The notes under the pieces were generated by a model. It was not told the origin of the DNA and did not search any database. It saw only the letters and a program-made list of their open reading frames with translations. Below are positions 44,306 through 52,979 of a stretch of 64,000 nt of DNA, piece by piece (the first letter of the stretch is position 1; every line of letters begins with the position of its first letter). Source of the stretch: Escherichia phage Esco_phi_B-01. The position numbers and the translations under genes are program-made. The DNA lies in sequence record OP292222.1. The stretch is one strand, 5' to 3'.

Positions 44306-44381
44306 CGAGGCATAGCTCAGAAGGAAGAGCAACGGTCTTCTAAACCGTAGGTCGTAGGTTCGATCCCTACTGTCTCGACCA
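44306..44381 (+). tRNA. tRNA-Arg (UCU)
   Basis: Anticodon stem acggt/accgt, loop cuUCUaa, T-arm gtagg-ttcgatc-cctac, encoded CCA. Confidence 0.85.
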
Positions 44382-44550
44382 AACAAGAAACCGGGTCGCT
44401 ACCGGTAAGTCGTCGGACTGAAGTTCCCTGAATAAGACCCGACTTTAAGGAGTACATGAGTTCCTCTTAAAGTCCCTTATCTCACAGCTGAAACGGCGCA
44501 CAGAACACTTGCCTAGCAGGTGGAACCCCGACAAGGTTACCCTAGGTTAA
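44382..44550 (+). ncRNA. Candidate small stable RNA downstream of the tRNA cluster (analogous position to T4 stable RNA species)
   Basis: About 170 nt non-coding, several short hairpins, ends at terminator; no ORF. Confidence 0.3.
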
Positions 44551-44551
44551 A

Positions 44552-44579
44552 GGCCCTTCCGAAAGGTTGGGCCTTTTTT
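44552..44579 (+). terminator. Intrinsic terminator ending the tRNA/small RNA unit
   Basis: ggccc-ttccgaaaggtt-gggcc then TTTTTT. Confidence 0.6.
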
Positions 44580-44580
44580 G

Positions 44581-44588
44581 TATAAATA
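44581..44588 (+). promoter_or_regulatory. Late promoter TATAAATA
   Basis: Exact TATAAATA 27 nt upstream of ATG 44615. Confidence 0.45.
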
Positions 44589-44614
44589 TACAGTAAACTA
44601 ACTTAGGAAATAAT

Positions 44615-45169
44615 ATGAAACTTTTAAAATATTTGAGTTGGATTCTGTTGGTCCCACTAGATTTTATCTCTATGGTTCTGGCTGTTATCCTTGCACCTTT
44701 TGTAGTTCCTTTCCACAATAAAAAGACTGGTAAATTGCCATACGGTTTTGATTGGATGATGACATACGATAATCCAATTGACGGTGATAAAGGTCATATT
44801 AAACGTTGGGCTAAAATCAGGAAAATGCCTGGTGGTGTTTATCTCCAGAGAGTAGCTTGGCTATGGCGAAATAAAGCTTATAACTTTGCTTATCATAAAC
44901 TAGGACGTGATTGTAGTTCAGAATTCCATTATCGTGGTAATCCTGACGTAGAATCAGGTTCTCCTGATAAAGCCCACCATGGTTGGTTATGGATGTGGAA
45001 TGATGATGCCTGGGGTGTATTTGCTTCAGTTCCTTATCTTAAGGTCGGCGGAATCACATTTTACCTTCGCGTGTACTGTGGATGGAAGCTTAAGAGCCTT
45101 TTGTCTCGTAAAATCCCTAAAGCTATGTTAGCCTTCCACGTGAACCCGTTCCGGTTCTACAAGAACTGA
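44615..45169 (+). CDS. Hypothetical protein with N-terminal transmembrane segment
   Basis: 184 aa; Trp/His-rich; AGGAAA RBS. Confidence 0.55.
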   Translation: MKLLKYLSWILLVPLDFISMVLAVILAPFVVPFHNKKTGKLPYGFDWMMTYDNPIDGDKGHIKRWAKIRKMPGGVYLQRVAWLWRNKAYNFAYHKLGRDCSSEFHYRGNPDVESGSPDKAHHGWLWMWNDDAWGVFASVPYLKVGGITFYLRVYCGWKLKSLLSRKIPKAMLAFHVNPFRFYKN

Positions 45170-45176
45170 TTTACGG

Positions 45177-45203
45177 CCCTTCCGAAAGGTTGGGCCTTTT
45201 TGT
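45177..45203 (+). terminator. Intrinsic terminator (second copy of the 44552 hairpin)
   Basis: Same ggccc-ttccgaaaggtt-gggcc hairpin and T-run. Confidence 0.55.
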
Positions 45204-45210
45204 ATAAATA
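45203..45210 (+). promoter_or_regulatory. Late promoter TATAAATA
   Basis: Exact TATAAATA 29 nt upstream of ATG 45239. Confidence 0.45.
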
Positions 45211-45238
45211 GATAAGTTAATTAACACAGGAAACAATA

Positions 45239-45862
45239 ATGAAAACTTACAATGAATTTTTGAACGAAAGCGTTCTGAGTGAAGCCGGCTTGCGCATGAC
45301 TAAAGATATGTGGCAAGCTGCTTATGATAAAATTTCCGGGACTAAAACCACTACCGAGTTCTTTAAAAACGTTTATGATATGTATGGTTTTGATACTAGT
45401 AGCCAGAAAGAATATTACAAAGCTTCCAAAGCTTTTAAAGATATCGTAGCCGGTGGCGCTACTAAGCCTGCTAAACCAGCTAAAGCTCCTGTTGCTAAAC
45501 CTGCAGCCCCAACCAAAGTTGCACCACCTAAACCTGCTGCAGCGCCTAAAGCAGAGCCTGTAAAAGAAGCTCCTAAATCTAAAATCAAGTTTGACACCAC
45601 TACTATTGTTAAAAAATATAACCAGCTGGCTTCTTTGGTTTCTGAAATCGAAACTGAAACTAAACATCTCGTTCGAGAATTCAACGCTCTTCGTAACGGA
45701 CAGCACATTAACAACCTAGATACCCCAGACCTTTATCGCCTCTATCTGACGGTTGAAGGCCTTAAGTATACCCAGCCTATGCATGAAGAAATTGATAACA
45801 AACTTCGTCAAGCCCGCCGCCTTGCAGGTGACGCAGCACAGTTCGAAAAGACTCGTAAATAA
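45239..45862 (+). CDS. Internal-protein-like capsid-targeted protein with Pro/Ala/Lys-rich linker
   Basis: 207 aa; N-terminal MKTYNEFLNES CTS-like; low-complexity PAKPAKAPVAKPAAPTKVAPPKPAAAPKAEP. Confidence 0.6.
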   Translation: MKTYNEFLNESVLSEAGLRMTKDMWQAAYDKISGTKTTTEFFKNVYDMYGFDTSSQKEYYKASKAFKDIVAGGATKPAKPAKAPVAKPAAPTKVAPPKPAAAPKAEPVKEAPKSKIKFDTTTIVKKYNQLASLVSEIETETKHLVREFNALRNGQHINNLDTPDLYRLYLTVEGLKYTQPMHEEIDNKLRQARRLAGDAAQFEKTRK

Positions 45863-45866
45863 TGAA

Positions 45867-45884
45867 AGGAGACTTCGGTCTCCT
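45867..45884 (+). terminator. Hairpin terminator
   Basis: aggagac-ttcg-gtctcct then TTTT. Confidence 0.55.
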
Positions 45885-45921
45885 TTTAGGGGGTTTAGAC
45901 CAAAAATAATTTCACAAAGTT

Positions 45922-45975
45922 GTTTACACCTCCTTTAAACATGATACTATAGACCTATCAAAACAACAGTGTGAA
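45922..45975 (+). promoter_or_regulatory. PeSL-type early promoter
   Basis: GTTTAC, 17 bp, TACTAT, AGACCTATCAAAAC. Confidence 0.55.
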
Positions 45976-45985
45976 GGAGAGTAAA

Positions 45986-46249
45986 ATGGATAATTATGGC
46001 GAATTGTTTAATTTCTTTATGAAATGCGTTCCTGAAGAATTTGGTGCTACTGTTAACGATATTAAGGTTATAGGTGATGACCATCCCATATTTGAAACTT
46101 ACGCAGTAATGGGTAATGATGATGGACAATGGTACACCGTAAAGGTTGTGGTTAATATGTTTGCCGCCGAAGGTTATGTTAAATTGTCTACCAAAGTTTA
46201 CCATGATAACGATTTTGATGCGGAAGATTATTTCAATAATATGAAATAA
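45986..46249 (+). CDS. Hypothetical protein
   Basis: 87 aa from ATG 45986 with AGGAGA RBS. Confidence 0.5.
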   Translation: MDNYGELFNFFMKCVPEEFGATVNDIKVIGDDHPIFETYAVMGNDDGQWYTVKVVVNMFAAEGYVKLSTKVYHDNDFDAEDYFNNMK

Positions 46250-46305
46250 TTGTTACACGGGCTCATGATTGAGATATTATGAGCCTATAATTTGAGGAGA
46301 GCATA

Positions 46306-46704
46306 ATGAATATCGAAGATAAAGAAATGCAAGAGTTGTATAATTCATTAACACCCGAACAACAAAAAGCTGCCAAAGAATTAGAGAAAGCTCTTACTTT
46401 CAGCTTGGCAAAAACTGATTGGGCCGCCATGTATGAAGAAAAAAGGAGATCGGAAATTGAAGCTGCCGAGAGAAATGAATGGATTGTAGAAACCAAGATT
46501 TCTGATGGTGGTTGCTCTGTTGAGGTGTCAGCTGTGGTTAAAGGTACTCATGGTGAAAAATCACTAGGTTGGCATAATGAGGCAAACAAATATATTGTTC
46601 TCTCAACGTCAAAAACTTATGGTCAAAAGGTTCCTGTATCCAAAGCTATTATTAAGCAAGCTCAATGGGAAGCCAATGAAATCTGCCTCGCCAAAATGAA
46701 ATAA
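46306..46704 (+). CDS. Hypothetical protein
   Basis: 132 aa; GAGGAGA RBS. Confidence 0.5.
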   Translation: MNIEDKEMQELYNSLTPEQQKAAKELEKALTFSLAKTDWAAMYEEKRRSEIEAAERNEWIVETKISDGGCSVEVSAVVKGTHGEKSLGWHNEANKYIVLSTSKTYGQKVPVSKAIIKQAQWEANEICLAKMK

Positions 46705-46706
46705 AT

Positions 46707-46750
46707 GTTTACAACCCTCAGAGGACAGGGTATAATGTCCTCATGGATTA
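46707..46750 (+). promoter_or_regulatory. Early promoter (GTTTAC, 18 bp, TATAAT) with flanking inverted repeat
   Basis: Consensus -10 TATAAT at 46731-46736; gaggaca/tgtcctc inverted repeat around it. Confidence 0.5.
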
Positions 46751-46779
46751 CAAAATACCAACCGACTGAAGGAAATACT

Positions 46780-47373
46780 ATGAATACTTTAAAGAAAATT
46801 GTTGAGTTCATCCGTTCTAAACTGGGTACCGCGATGACTCAGAACCTGTCAATCGAAGACCAGTATACTAAAGCTGCTTCTACCCTGATTGATAAAATTA
46901 CCGAACTCCAGACTGCTCATGTTAAGTCTGTGAATGAAGAAAAACGCATTCGTGCATTGGCAAATGAAAAAGACCAACTGGCTGCTTCTAAAGAACGCGA
47001 AATTCGTAAACTGATTGCCGAAGGCGCCGATGTCCAGGTGCATGCTAAACTTGGCCTCCTTTATCGTCGTACAGCCACTCAACTTCGTAAGAAAGCTGAC
47101 GATTATATCGAAATGCGTAATGAAATTAAACTGAAGGTCAAGGAACTTGATGACTCTCGACAGGAACTGGCTGTTAAGCTCGAGTACATCCGTGAAACTC
47201 GTAATATGGCTGCCCTTGGTATTGCTACTGCCGATGATGTGGTTGAAATCGCTGCACTGACTAAGATTGATATTGAAGATACCCTGCTGCGTGTAGAAAC
47301 GTTTAAAGGCCCACAAGTTGGAATGGATACGACTTCTGCCGATATAGACGACTACATTAATTCACTTAAGTAA
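46780..47373 (+). CDS. Coiled-coil protein, weak PspA/IM30-like pattern
   Basis: 197 aa from ATG 46780 (AAGGAA RBS); heptad-rich; similarity to PspA judged by eye only. Confidence 0.45.
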   Translation: MNTLKKIVEFIRSKLGTAMTQNLSIEDQYTKAASTLIDKITELQTAHVKSVNEEKRIRALANEKDQLAASKEREIRKLIAEGADVQVHAKLGLLYRRTATQLRKKADDYIEMRNEIKLKVKELDDSRQELAVKLEYIRETRNMAALGIATADDVVEIAALTKIDIEDTLLRVETFKGPQVGMDTTSADIDDYINSLK

Positions 47374-47380
47374 TGTTACT

Positions 47381-47398
47381 GGGAGACTTCGGTCTCCC
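47381..47398 (+). terminator. Hairpin terminator
   Basis: gggagac-ttcg-gtctccc. Confidence 0.5.
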
Positions 47399-47421
47399 TA
47401 TTTGGAGGAGAGGAGAATATT

Positions 47422-47964
47422 ATGAGTTTATATGATGACCTGATATCAAATGTCGATTGGTTTAAACATAGTGGTCTTTCCCATGAAACTAATGCAGTTC
47501 TTTATAGAATTCGCCAAGACTTAGGTTATTCCAATGATTTCTTAAGTCGAACAAGCAGACGTGGGCATACTACCAAATTACCTTTTATCTTTGCTTTAGC
47601 TGAAGACCTTTCTTTTGCAGAAGCTTTAGAAATTATTGACGTAAATCTGGGTATTCAACGGGTGGAATTCGCTGGACTACGTTATTCAGTATACTCTTTA
47701 AATGAACCAAGCGATTATAAACAGCTTGTTGATGCTGATGATGATTATCACTTGGTATGCTATTTGATGTTAGAAAACGGTGACCACTTTGGTATGGTAG
47801 ACCGTCGTCCGAGTTATTCGGATATTAAAAATTACGATAAAGATGAGCTTATTATTTTAGCCAACGAATATACATCAGAGAGTCGTAAACAACAACGGAA
47901 GCTTAATCGCTTTATTGCTGAATGCCGTGAATACGCTAAAGAGGTTCAAAATGGAACGGCCTAG
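47422..47964 (+). CDS. Hypothetical protein
   Basis: 180 aa; GGAGGAGAGGAG RBS. Confidence 0.5.
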   Translation: MSLYDDLISNVDWFKHSGLSHETNAVLYRIRQDLGYSNDFLSRTSRRGHTTKLPFIFALAEDLSFAEALEIIDVNLGIQRVEFAGLRYSVYSLNEPSDYKQLVDADDDYHLVCYLMLENGDHFGMVDRRPSYSDIKNYDKDELIILANEYTSESRKQQRKLNRFIAECREYAKEVQNGTA

Positions 47965-48304
47965 TCTTTCATCGCATGTTTATCAATTGGCTGAATATGA
48001 TATTGCTATTTCCTTATTCACGGGAATTGTCACAGGTATGCTCGGCGGTCTGGTTGGTCTGGTAATGACCACAGTTATGGCTGCAATCGAAGGAGTCATG
48101 CCTATTGAGATGGGTTTCTATATGATAATTGCTCCGGCTGTCGTGGCTTATTTTATCCCTCTCGTGTATGATATTTGCCATACAAATGCTTTGAATGCTC
48201 CCATCCGTAAGAGATATGCTTTAGAGATGGCTAATTATAATGAGTATGTAAAACAAACCAAACGTAATGACCTTGAAACCTTTATTAAGGAATGTAAATC
48301 ATGA
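47951..48304 (+). CDS. Small membrane protein
   Basis: 117 aa from ATG 47951; two hydrophobic helices. Confidence 0.45.
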   Translation: MERPSLSSHVYQLAEYDIAISLFTGIVTGMLGGLVGLVMTTVMAAIEGVMPIEMGFYMIIAPAVVAYFIPLVYDICHTNALNAPIRKRYALEMANYNEYVKQTKRNDLETFIKECKS

Positions 48305-48591
48305 ATAAAATTGAAATTGAAATCCCTGAATACAACGACGAGAAATCTGCAGAAAAAGCTATCTATGCTCTTCTGAATAAAGTAGATACCATCGAACATG
48401 AATGTGAAGCTATTGCCGATAAGTACGGTATTCAATTCGGAACAGGTGATTATGGCTCAGGACGTACATACTACCCTGTTGGTTATGAATGCTCCCAGTG
48501 GTTTAAAGATGAAATTGAAAACAATGGTGGTGAAGTTGAAAATGGCGTCGTTACAGTTGGTGCCTGGATTTCCTCTTCAGCAATGTGCTAA
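48301..48591 (+). CDS. Small protein, member 1 of tandem paralog array (C-terminal WISSSAMC)
   Basis: 96 aa; conserved C-terminal tail and gene junction shared with next three ORFs. Confidence 0.55.
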   Translation: MNKIEIEIPEYNDEKSAEKAIYALLNKVDTIEHECEAIADKYGIQFGTGDYGSGRTYYPVGYECSQWFKDEIENNGGEVENGVVTVGAWISSSAMC

Positions 48592-48600
48592 GGAAACGCT

Positions 48601-48882
48601 ATGATGAATGATAACCATAACCACCCAGAGCTTCTGGCCGCAGTAAAAGAAATTCATGAAGCTATTCGTCGTGCCGAGGAAATTGCAGACAAATATGAGA
48701 CTCATTTTAATATATACCCTGCTCGCGGTATGGGCGGTGACTATTATTCTCCTGGTGCCTTGAAAGCTGACCTTGCCCATTGGGAAGAAGATGGTCATCC
48801 TGAATGGGCTATTGTTAATACTCATGACTATACAACTGACCTGGAAAATGGTGGTTGGGTGTCCTCTTCTTCTGAATGTTAA
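48601..48882 (+). CDS. Small protein, member 2 of tandem paralog array (C-terminal WVSSSSEC)
   Basis: 93 aa; same junction TAAGGAAA-N-ATG. Confidence 0.55.
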   Translation: MMNDNHNHPELLAAVKEIHEAIRRAEEIADKYETHFNIYPARGMGGDYYSPGALKADLAHWEEDGHPEWAIVNTHDYTTDLENGGWVSSSSEC

Positions 48883-48891
48883 GGAAATATT

Positions 48892-49089
48892 ATGTCTCGT
48901 GAATTAGATTGTGCAATCCGAACTGCCGCGGCGGCTATTGAAAACGTTATCCAGATTTGCAAAGAAGAACGTGAAGAAGCTGATATCTATATCGATGGTG
49001 TTCGTGACTTAGAACGACATATCACGCTTTATAACGGTTGTATTACTATTAGTGGTACCTCTTGGGTATCATCCTCTTACGAATGCTAA
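48892..49089 (+). CDS. Small protein, member 3 of tandem paralog array (C-terminal WVSSSYEC)
   Basis: 65 aa. Confidence 0.55.
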   Translation: MSRELDCAIRTAAAAIENVIQICKEEREEADIYIDGVRDLERHITLYNGCITISGTSWVSSSYEC

Positions 49090-49099
49090 GGAATAAAAA

Positions 49100-49324
49100 A
49101 TGACTGATATTGATGAATTAGAAAAAGCTGCTCTTGAACTGGCTGCATTGTATAAGAAAGTAAAAGATATGGCTTCTGCTCAAAGTTTTGGTGTTGAGTT
49201 AGACGATTACGATGGTGAAGTTCGTCTTGAAGATTGGCTGAATAGCTCTTGTTACGGCGAAGAAGCTGGCCGAACCTTCGTTGCTCGTCCCGATGGTAAA
49301 ATCTGGTACCCGAGCTCATGCTAA
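49100..49324 (+). CDS. Small protein, member 4 of tandem paralog array (C-terminal WYPSSC)
   Basis: 74 aa. Confidence 0.5.
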   Translation: MTDIDELEKAALELAALYKKVKDMASAQSFGVELDDYDGEVRLEDWLNSSCYGEEAGRTFVARPDGKIWYPSSC

Positions 49325-49545
49325 AATTAAAGAAAAGATACATTCGTAAAATAAACGGTCTTCGTGATTATGCCAAAGGTTGGCCGTTAAGTATTATTAT
49401 GGCTGATAGACACCCACGTTATAATACTGAGATGACCTATTACAAAAAGTATGATTCATATTGTCGGTCTAAAGCAGGTCGTTTAGATGGTTCTTATGAA
49501 GAATACTTTGGTAAAAAACCTACTCGTATTTCGTTAGGAAAATAA
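49318..49545 (+). CDS. Hypothetical basic protein
   Basis: 75 aa; no clear RBS. Confidence 0.35.
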   Translation: MLKLKKRYIRKINGLRDYAKGWPLSIIMADRHPRYNTEMTYYKKYDSYCRSKAGRLDGSYEEYFGKKPTRISLGK

Positions 49546-49575
49546 TTTAGCCACATGGATGTGGTAGGAGGACTT

Positions 49576-49905
49576 ATGCATAAAGATTCAGTATTCAAAT
49601 ACCTTTTGAAAACGGATAAAGAATTCTATATGAATGGGCAAGCTTTCTTGTTCATTCGTGGTAAACGTGAGATGTTTTATAAATGCGACCTCTCAATGCA
49701 TCACCATATGTATCATACCCATGGCGAGTCTATACTAGGGTTCTCTAGTGACGAGACTAGACACATAGCTATGTACTACGACCATTTTAAGCTCAATGAT
49801 TGTGGTGACAACGCTTTGGTCTGGAATCCATCTTGGCGACGTTGGGATATGGTAGACAACGATAAATTATTTTTAGAATATTGTAGAAGTGATGTACAAC
49901 TCTAA
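49576..49905 (+). CDS. Hypothetical protein (His/Cys-rich)
   Basis: 109 aa from ATG 49576 with AGGAGG RBS. Confidence 0.5.
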   Translation: MHKDSVFKYLLKTDKEFYMNGQAFLFIRGKREMFYKCDLSMHHHMYHTHGESILGFSSDETRHIAMYYDHFKLNDCGDNALVWNPSWRRWDMVDNDKLFLEYCRSDVQL

Positions 49906-49948
49906 AAACTTGTGTTACTATTACCCTACACAAACATGAGGAGAACAT

Positions 49949-50188
49949 ATGTGGTATTACTCTCCGCTGTCTGATAAGTCTGATGAGCCGGTACGAATTA
50001 GTCGTGCTAAGTTTAAAAAGATTTATGGCTTTGCCTATAAGAAGTCTGATTATGGTGTTCGTTTTGAAGATGCCCACTGTATCAATGACCCTTATGCGGA
50101 AGAAATCTCTAATGAGATAATTCCTATCGTTAAGAATAATTCTGATGATATGTGGGAATTGCATAACGATTACGTTGCTGAAATTTAA
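49949..50188 (+). CDS. Hypothetical protein
   Basis: 79 aa; GAGGAGA RBS. Confidence 0.5.
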   Translation: MWYYSPLSDKSDEPVRISRAKFKKIYGFAYKKSDYGVRFEDAHCINDPYAEEISNEIIPIVKNNSDDMWELHNDYVAEI

Positions 50189-50207
50189 GTTTACTGAGGA
50201 AAATATT

Positions 50208-51167
50208 ATGATGCTAGTTATTGGTTCTCGTGCACTGCACCACGCCGGTCTGATTGAAAGTAAGTATATCGAAAATTCTGATTGGGATTTTATTGCCGAC
50301 CAAGGCTCATGGAATCACTTTAAAGCCCGGATGTTCGGCGCTCATGTGCACGTAGACAACCCAGACGTCCAGGCTTTTAAATGCATGCACAACGGTAAAG
50401 AAACCTATTTTGAAGCTTATATCGTCCGCGCCTTGACTAACGTACGTGAAATTACCGGCGAGCTTCAGGACGAAGATTTAACCTCAAGTTATCGACTCCT
50501 GAAATACGCCGAAAATCATATTAAAAAGGATCGTCTTACAGGTTTCTATTGGGCAACGCCTGATATCTGTCTGGCTATCAAAATGAGCCATCGTTATTTG
50601 AAGAACCACCCTTTCTTTTTGAAGACGATGTCCCACATCAAATATCTTCGTAATAAAGGTGTAACCTTGAATGAAGAGCTCCAAGAAATCATGCTGCAAC
50701 GCCAGAAAGAAACGTTGAGCTATTCTCATCCTAAATTGGATGTAAACAAATCATCATTCTTTAATGATACCATTTATACATTAGACCATGACTCCATCCA
50801 CGAAGCTGTGGCATTGGCTGGACGCCCTGCATATACCTTTTATATGAAAGATGGTTCTGAAGTCATGACCTCACGTGAGAAGTTTGAAGCTTTGCCTGAA
50901 GCTATTAAACTGGCTGGCGTATATGAAGAAACTTGTGTGTTGGCCCTAGAACGTTCACAGGTTCCTAACGACTTTAATATTTCACCATCATTAAGTTTCT
51001 ATATGGCTCTTGAGAAAGTGTGTACCTCAATCACTTCAGGCTGGTTCCGCACTTATGCCTGGGAAAACTACCAAGCTGTAGTGAATATGTATAAGACGCT
51101 AGGTGAAAATGACTACATCAAGCGGTTCCAAGATAACCAACATTTAATTCGTCCTTTCACAAAATAA
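50208..51167 (+). CDS. Putative nucleotidyltransferase-fold protein
   Basis: 319 aa from ATG 50208 (GAGGAAA RBS); N-terminal IGSRALHHAGL...SDWDF resembles GS...DxD motif, with atypical spacing. Confidence 0.5.
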   Translation: MMLVIGSRALHHAGLIESKYIENSDWDFIADQGSWNHFKARMFGAHVHVDNPDVQAFKCMHNGKETYFEAYIVRALTNVREITGELQDEDLTSSYRLLKYAENHIKKDRLTGFYWATPDICLAIKMSHRYLKNHPFFLKTMSHIKYLRNKGVTLNEELQEIMLQRQKETLSYSHPKLDVNKSSFFNDTIYTLDHDSIHEAVALAGRPAYTFYMKDGSEVMTSREKFEALPEAIKLAGVYEETCVLALERSQVPNDFNISPSLSFYMALEKVCTSITSGWFRTYAWENYQAVVNMYKTLGENDYIKRFQDNQHLIRPFTK

Positions 51168-51179
51168 TTGCATAAAACA

Positions 51180-51235
51180 GTATACAAGGTCTATAGGTGT
51201 GATACTATAGACCTATCAAAACAACAGAGTGAAAT
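51180..51235 (+). promoter_or_regulatory. PeSL-type early promoter (degenerate -35 GTATAC)
   Basis: GTATAC, 17 bp, TACTAT, AGACCTATCAAAAC; palindrome ggtctatag/ctatagacc. Confidence 0.45.
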
Positions 51236-51245
51236 GGAGAATAAA

Positions 51246-51458
51246 ATGAAACTTTCTAACCAAGCAATCAACATGTTAAACGAAGTTCGTGCAGCTGGTG
51301 CTAAATGCCTGATGGTTAACACTCGTGACGGTGACCTTCGTCAAGCATTTGGTGAATTGAAATCTGCTGACCTGGTTAAATGTTCAGTTGGTATCGGTAA
51401 CGCACTTCGTGTATCTTTATCCCCTAAAGGTAAAATGTACTTTTTCAACAAAAAGTAA
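51246..51458 (+). CDS. Hypothetical protein
   Basis: 70 aa from ATG 51246 with GGAGA RBS. Confidence 0.5.
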   Translation: MKLSNQAINMLNEVRAAGAKCLMVNTRDGDLRQAFGELKSADLVKCSVGIGNALRVSLSPKGKMYFFNKK

Positions 51459-51472
51459 TTGAGGAAAATATT

Positions 51473-52159
51473 ATGAACAGCCCGAAAACTTTTAATTCTC
51501 AAGCTCGTGCAGTAGGTAGTTTTGCCGGTAAAATTTCTAACGATAAAATCAAAAACGAAACTATGTTCTTCAACAGCTCGTTGGCTTTCGCTTTTGATAA
51601 TGGTGGCCCTATTACTCGCAGCTTCATCATGAACCTGCCGGATGATTGGAACACTGACCAGGTTGTATTTGATTCTCGAGTTCATATGCTTATGCCTGGT
51701 TGGTATCCTGCTATCCCAGGTTATCATCATGATGATGTACCACGTCCGGATATTCCGGTTGGTCAACACTTTATTACTGCAGGGCAACCTGATTATGATA
51801 ATCCTCGATACCATTCTGAACATATTCTTGGTCTTGTTAACGCTGATGTGTGTCCTACTTATTTTGCAACCGGAACTGCACAATTTAGCCAGATTCCTGA
51901 TGGCGAACTTATCTATCGCCGGTGGCATAAAGAAGTTCTGGAAAAAATCGAGTCCAATGAATTAACCAAGTGGGATGCTCCTGACCGCACATTGCTCCAG
52001 TTTGATTGGCAGACATGGCATACAGGTTCTCGTGCAGTAAGTAATGGCTGGCGCTGGTTTGGTCGTGTGTCTCGTAATACCGACCGTGTTAAAAAGATTA
52101 CAAATGAAATCCGCGTTAATGCTCAAGTATATCTGGAATTCCCTATGGAGGGCTGGTAA
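51473..52159 (+). CDS. Hypothetical protein
   Basis: 228 aa; GAGGAAA RBS; His/Asp-rich central region. Confidence 0.5.
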   Translation: MNSPKTFNSQARAVGSFAGKISNDKIKNETMFFNSSLAFAFDNGGPITRSFIMNLPDDWNTDQVVFDSRVHMLMPGWYPAIPGYHHDDVPRPDIPVGQHFITAGQPDYDNPRYHSEHILGLVNADVCPTYFATGTAQFSQIPDGELIYRRWHKEVLEKIESNELTKWDAPDRTLLQFDWQTWHTGSRAVSNGWRWFGRVSRNTDRVKKITNEIRVNAQVYLEFPMEGW

Positions 52160-52746
52160 TGGCCCTTTATGAACCTGGTTGCATGGGTGTTGATGTAAAC
52201 TTCATCCGTCGGTCAGAAAATGCCGGAATCATTATCCCAAGTGGTGAACATATGATTATTAAAAAGTCCTGGCGAAATATTGATGATGGGGATGAAGGAA
52301 TTTCAGCCAGTACAATAGATTGGTCGGGTTGTACTGCTGAAATGAAACAACTTTTAATTGAGGAATATAAAATGGGCTATATCGTAAATGGTTGGCAACC
52401 GGAACCCCATAAAGAACAGACACCAGACCCATTGATTTGTTATAGCAAAAAATACGGCTTTCGTACATGGAGTGATGAATACGACAAATTAGTGAGTTCT
52501 AGGTTCTATGTTTGGATGGGTATATTATTTTTCCCACTCCTAGGGTTTTTCCTGACAACAGATAATGACTTACCCATTAGTGTATTCGCTTCAGCGATGT
52601 CTGCAGCTATCTTAGGACTTATCGCATCATTTTTATGGACTGCAGTTATTGAAGTACCTTTTCGTATTTCTAAAGTTAAAAAGGTATATGACGATATCAC
52701 TAAGAAAAATACATTAAACTCTTTTATTGAGGAATGCCGTAAATGA
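52159..52746 (+). CDS. Hypothetical protein with C-terminal TM helices
   Basis: 195 aa; GGAGGG RBS. Confidence 0.5.
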   Translation: MALYEPGCMGVDVNFIRRSENAGIIIPSGEHMIIKKSWRNIDDGDEGISASTIDWSGCTAEMKQLLIEEYKMGYIVNGWQPEPHKEQTPDPLICYSKKYGFRTWSDEYDKLVSSRFYVWMGILFFPLLGFFLTTDNDLPISVFASAMSAAILGLIASFLWTAVIEVPFRISKVKKVYDDITKKNTLNSFIEECRK

Positions 52747-52979
52747 GTATTGCTATTTACATTAAATCCGAATCGTGTGATTCATATCTGTATTCCTACG
52801 ACACAGGAACATCAGAAGAGAAAATCAAAGAAGATTTAGAAAGCGACTTGGATATGTTCCGACCTATTTCTGATTATATGGTCCAAATATCTGATAGTGA
52901 AAGTCCGTCAACAGAAACGTGTGTTGAAATTATTATACGAGATATTTTTGAACAATCATGGAAACGAGACGATGAGTAA
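52743..52979 (+). CDS. Small acidic hypothetical protein
   Basis: 78 aa. Confidence 0.4.
   Translation: MSIAIYIKSESCDSYLYSYDTGTSEEKIKEDLESDLDMFRPISDYMVQISDSESPSTETCVEIIIRDIFEQSWKRDDE

Noticed and set aside
46249-46306. Possible promoter TTGTTA ... TATAAT with a hairpin (ggctcat/atgagcc) in the spacer
   Set aside because: The -35 to -10 spacing is about 30 bp, too long for a functional sigma70 promoter; the hairpin is more likely a terminator for the upstream gene
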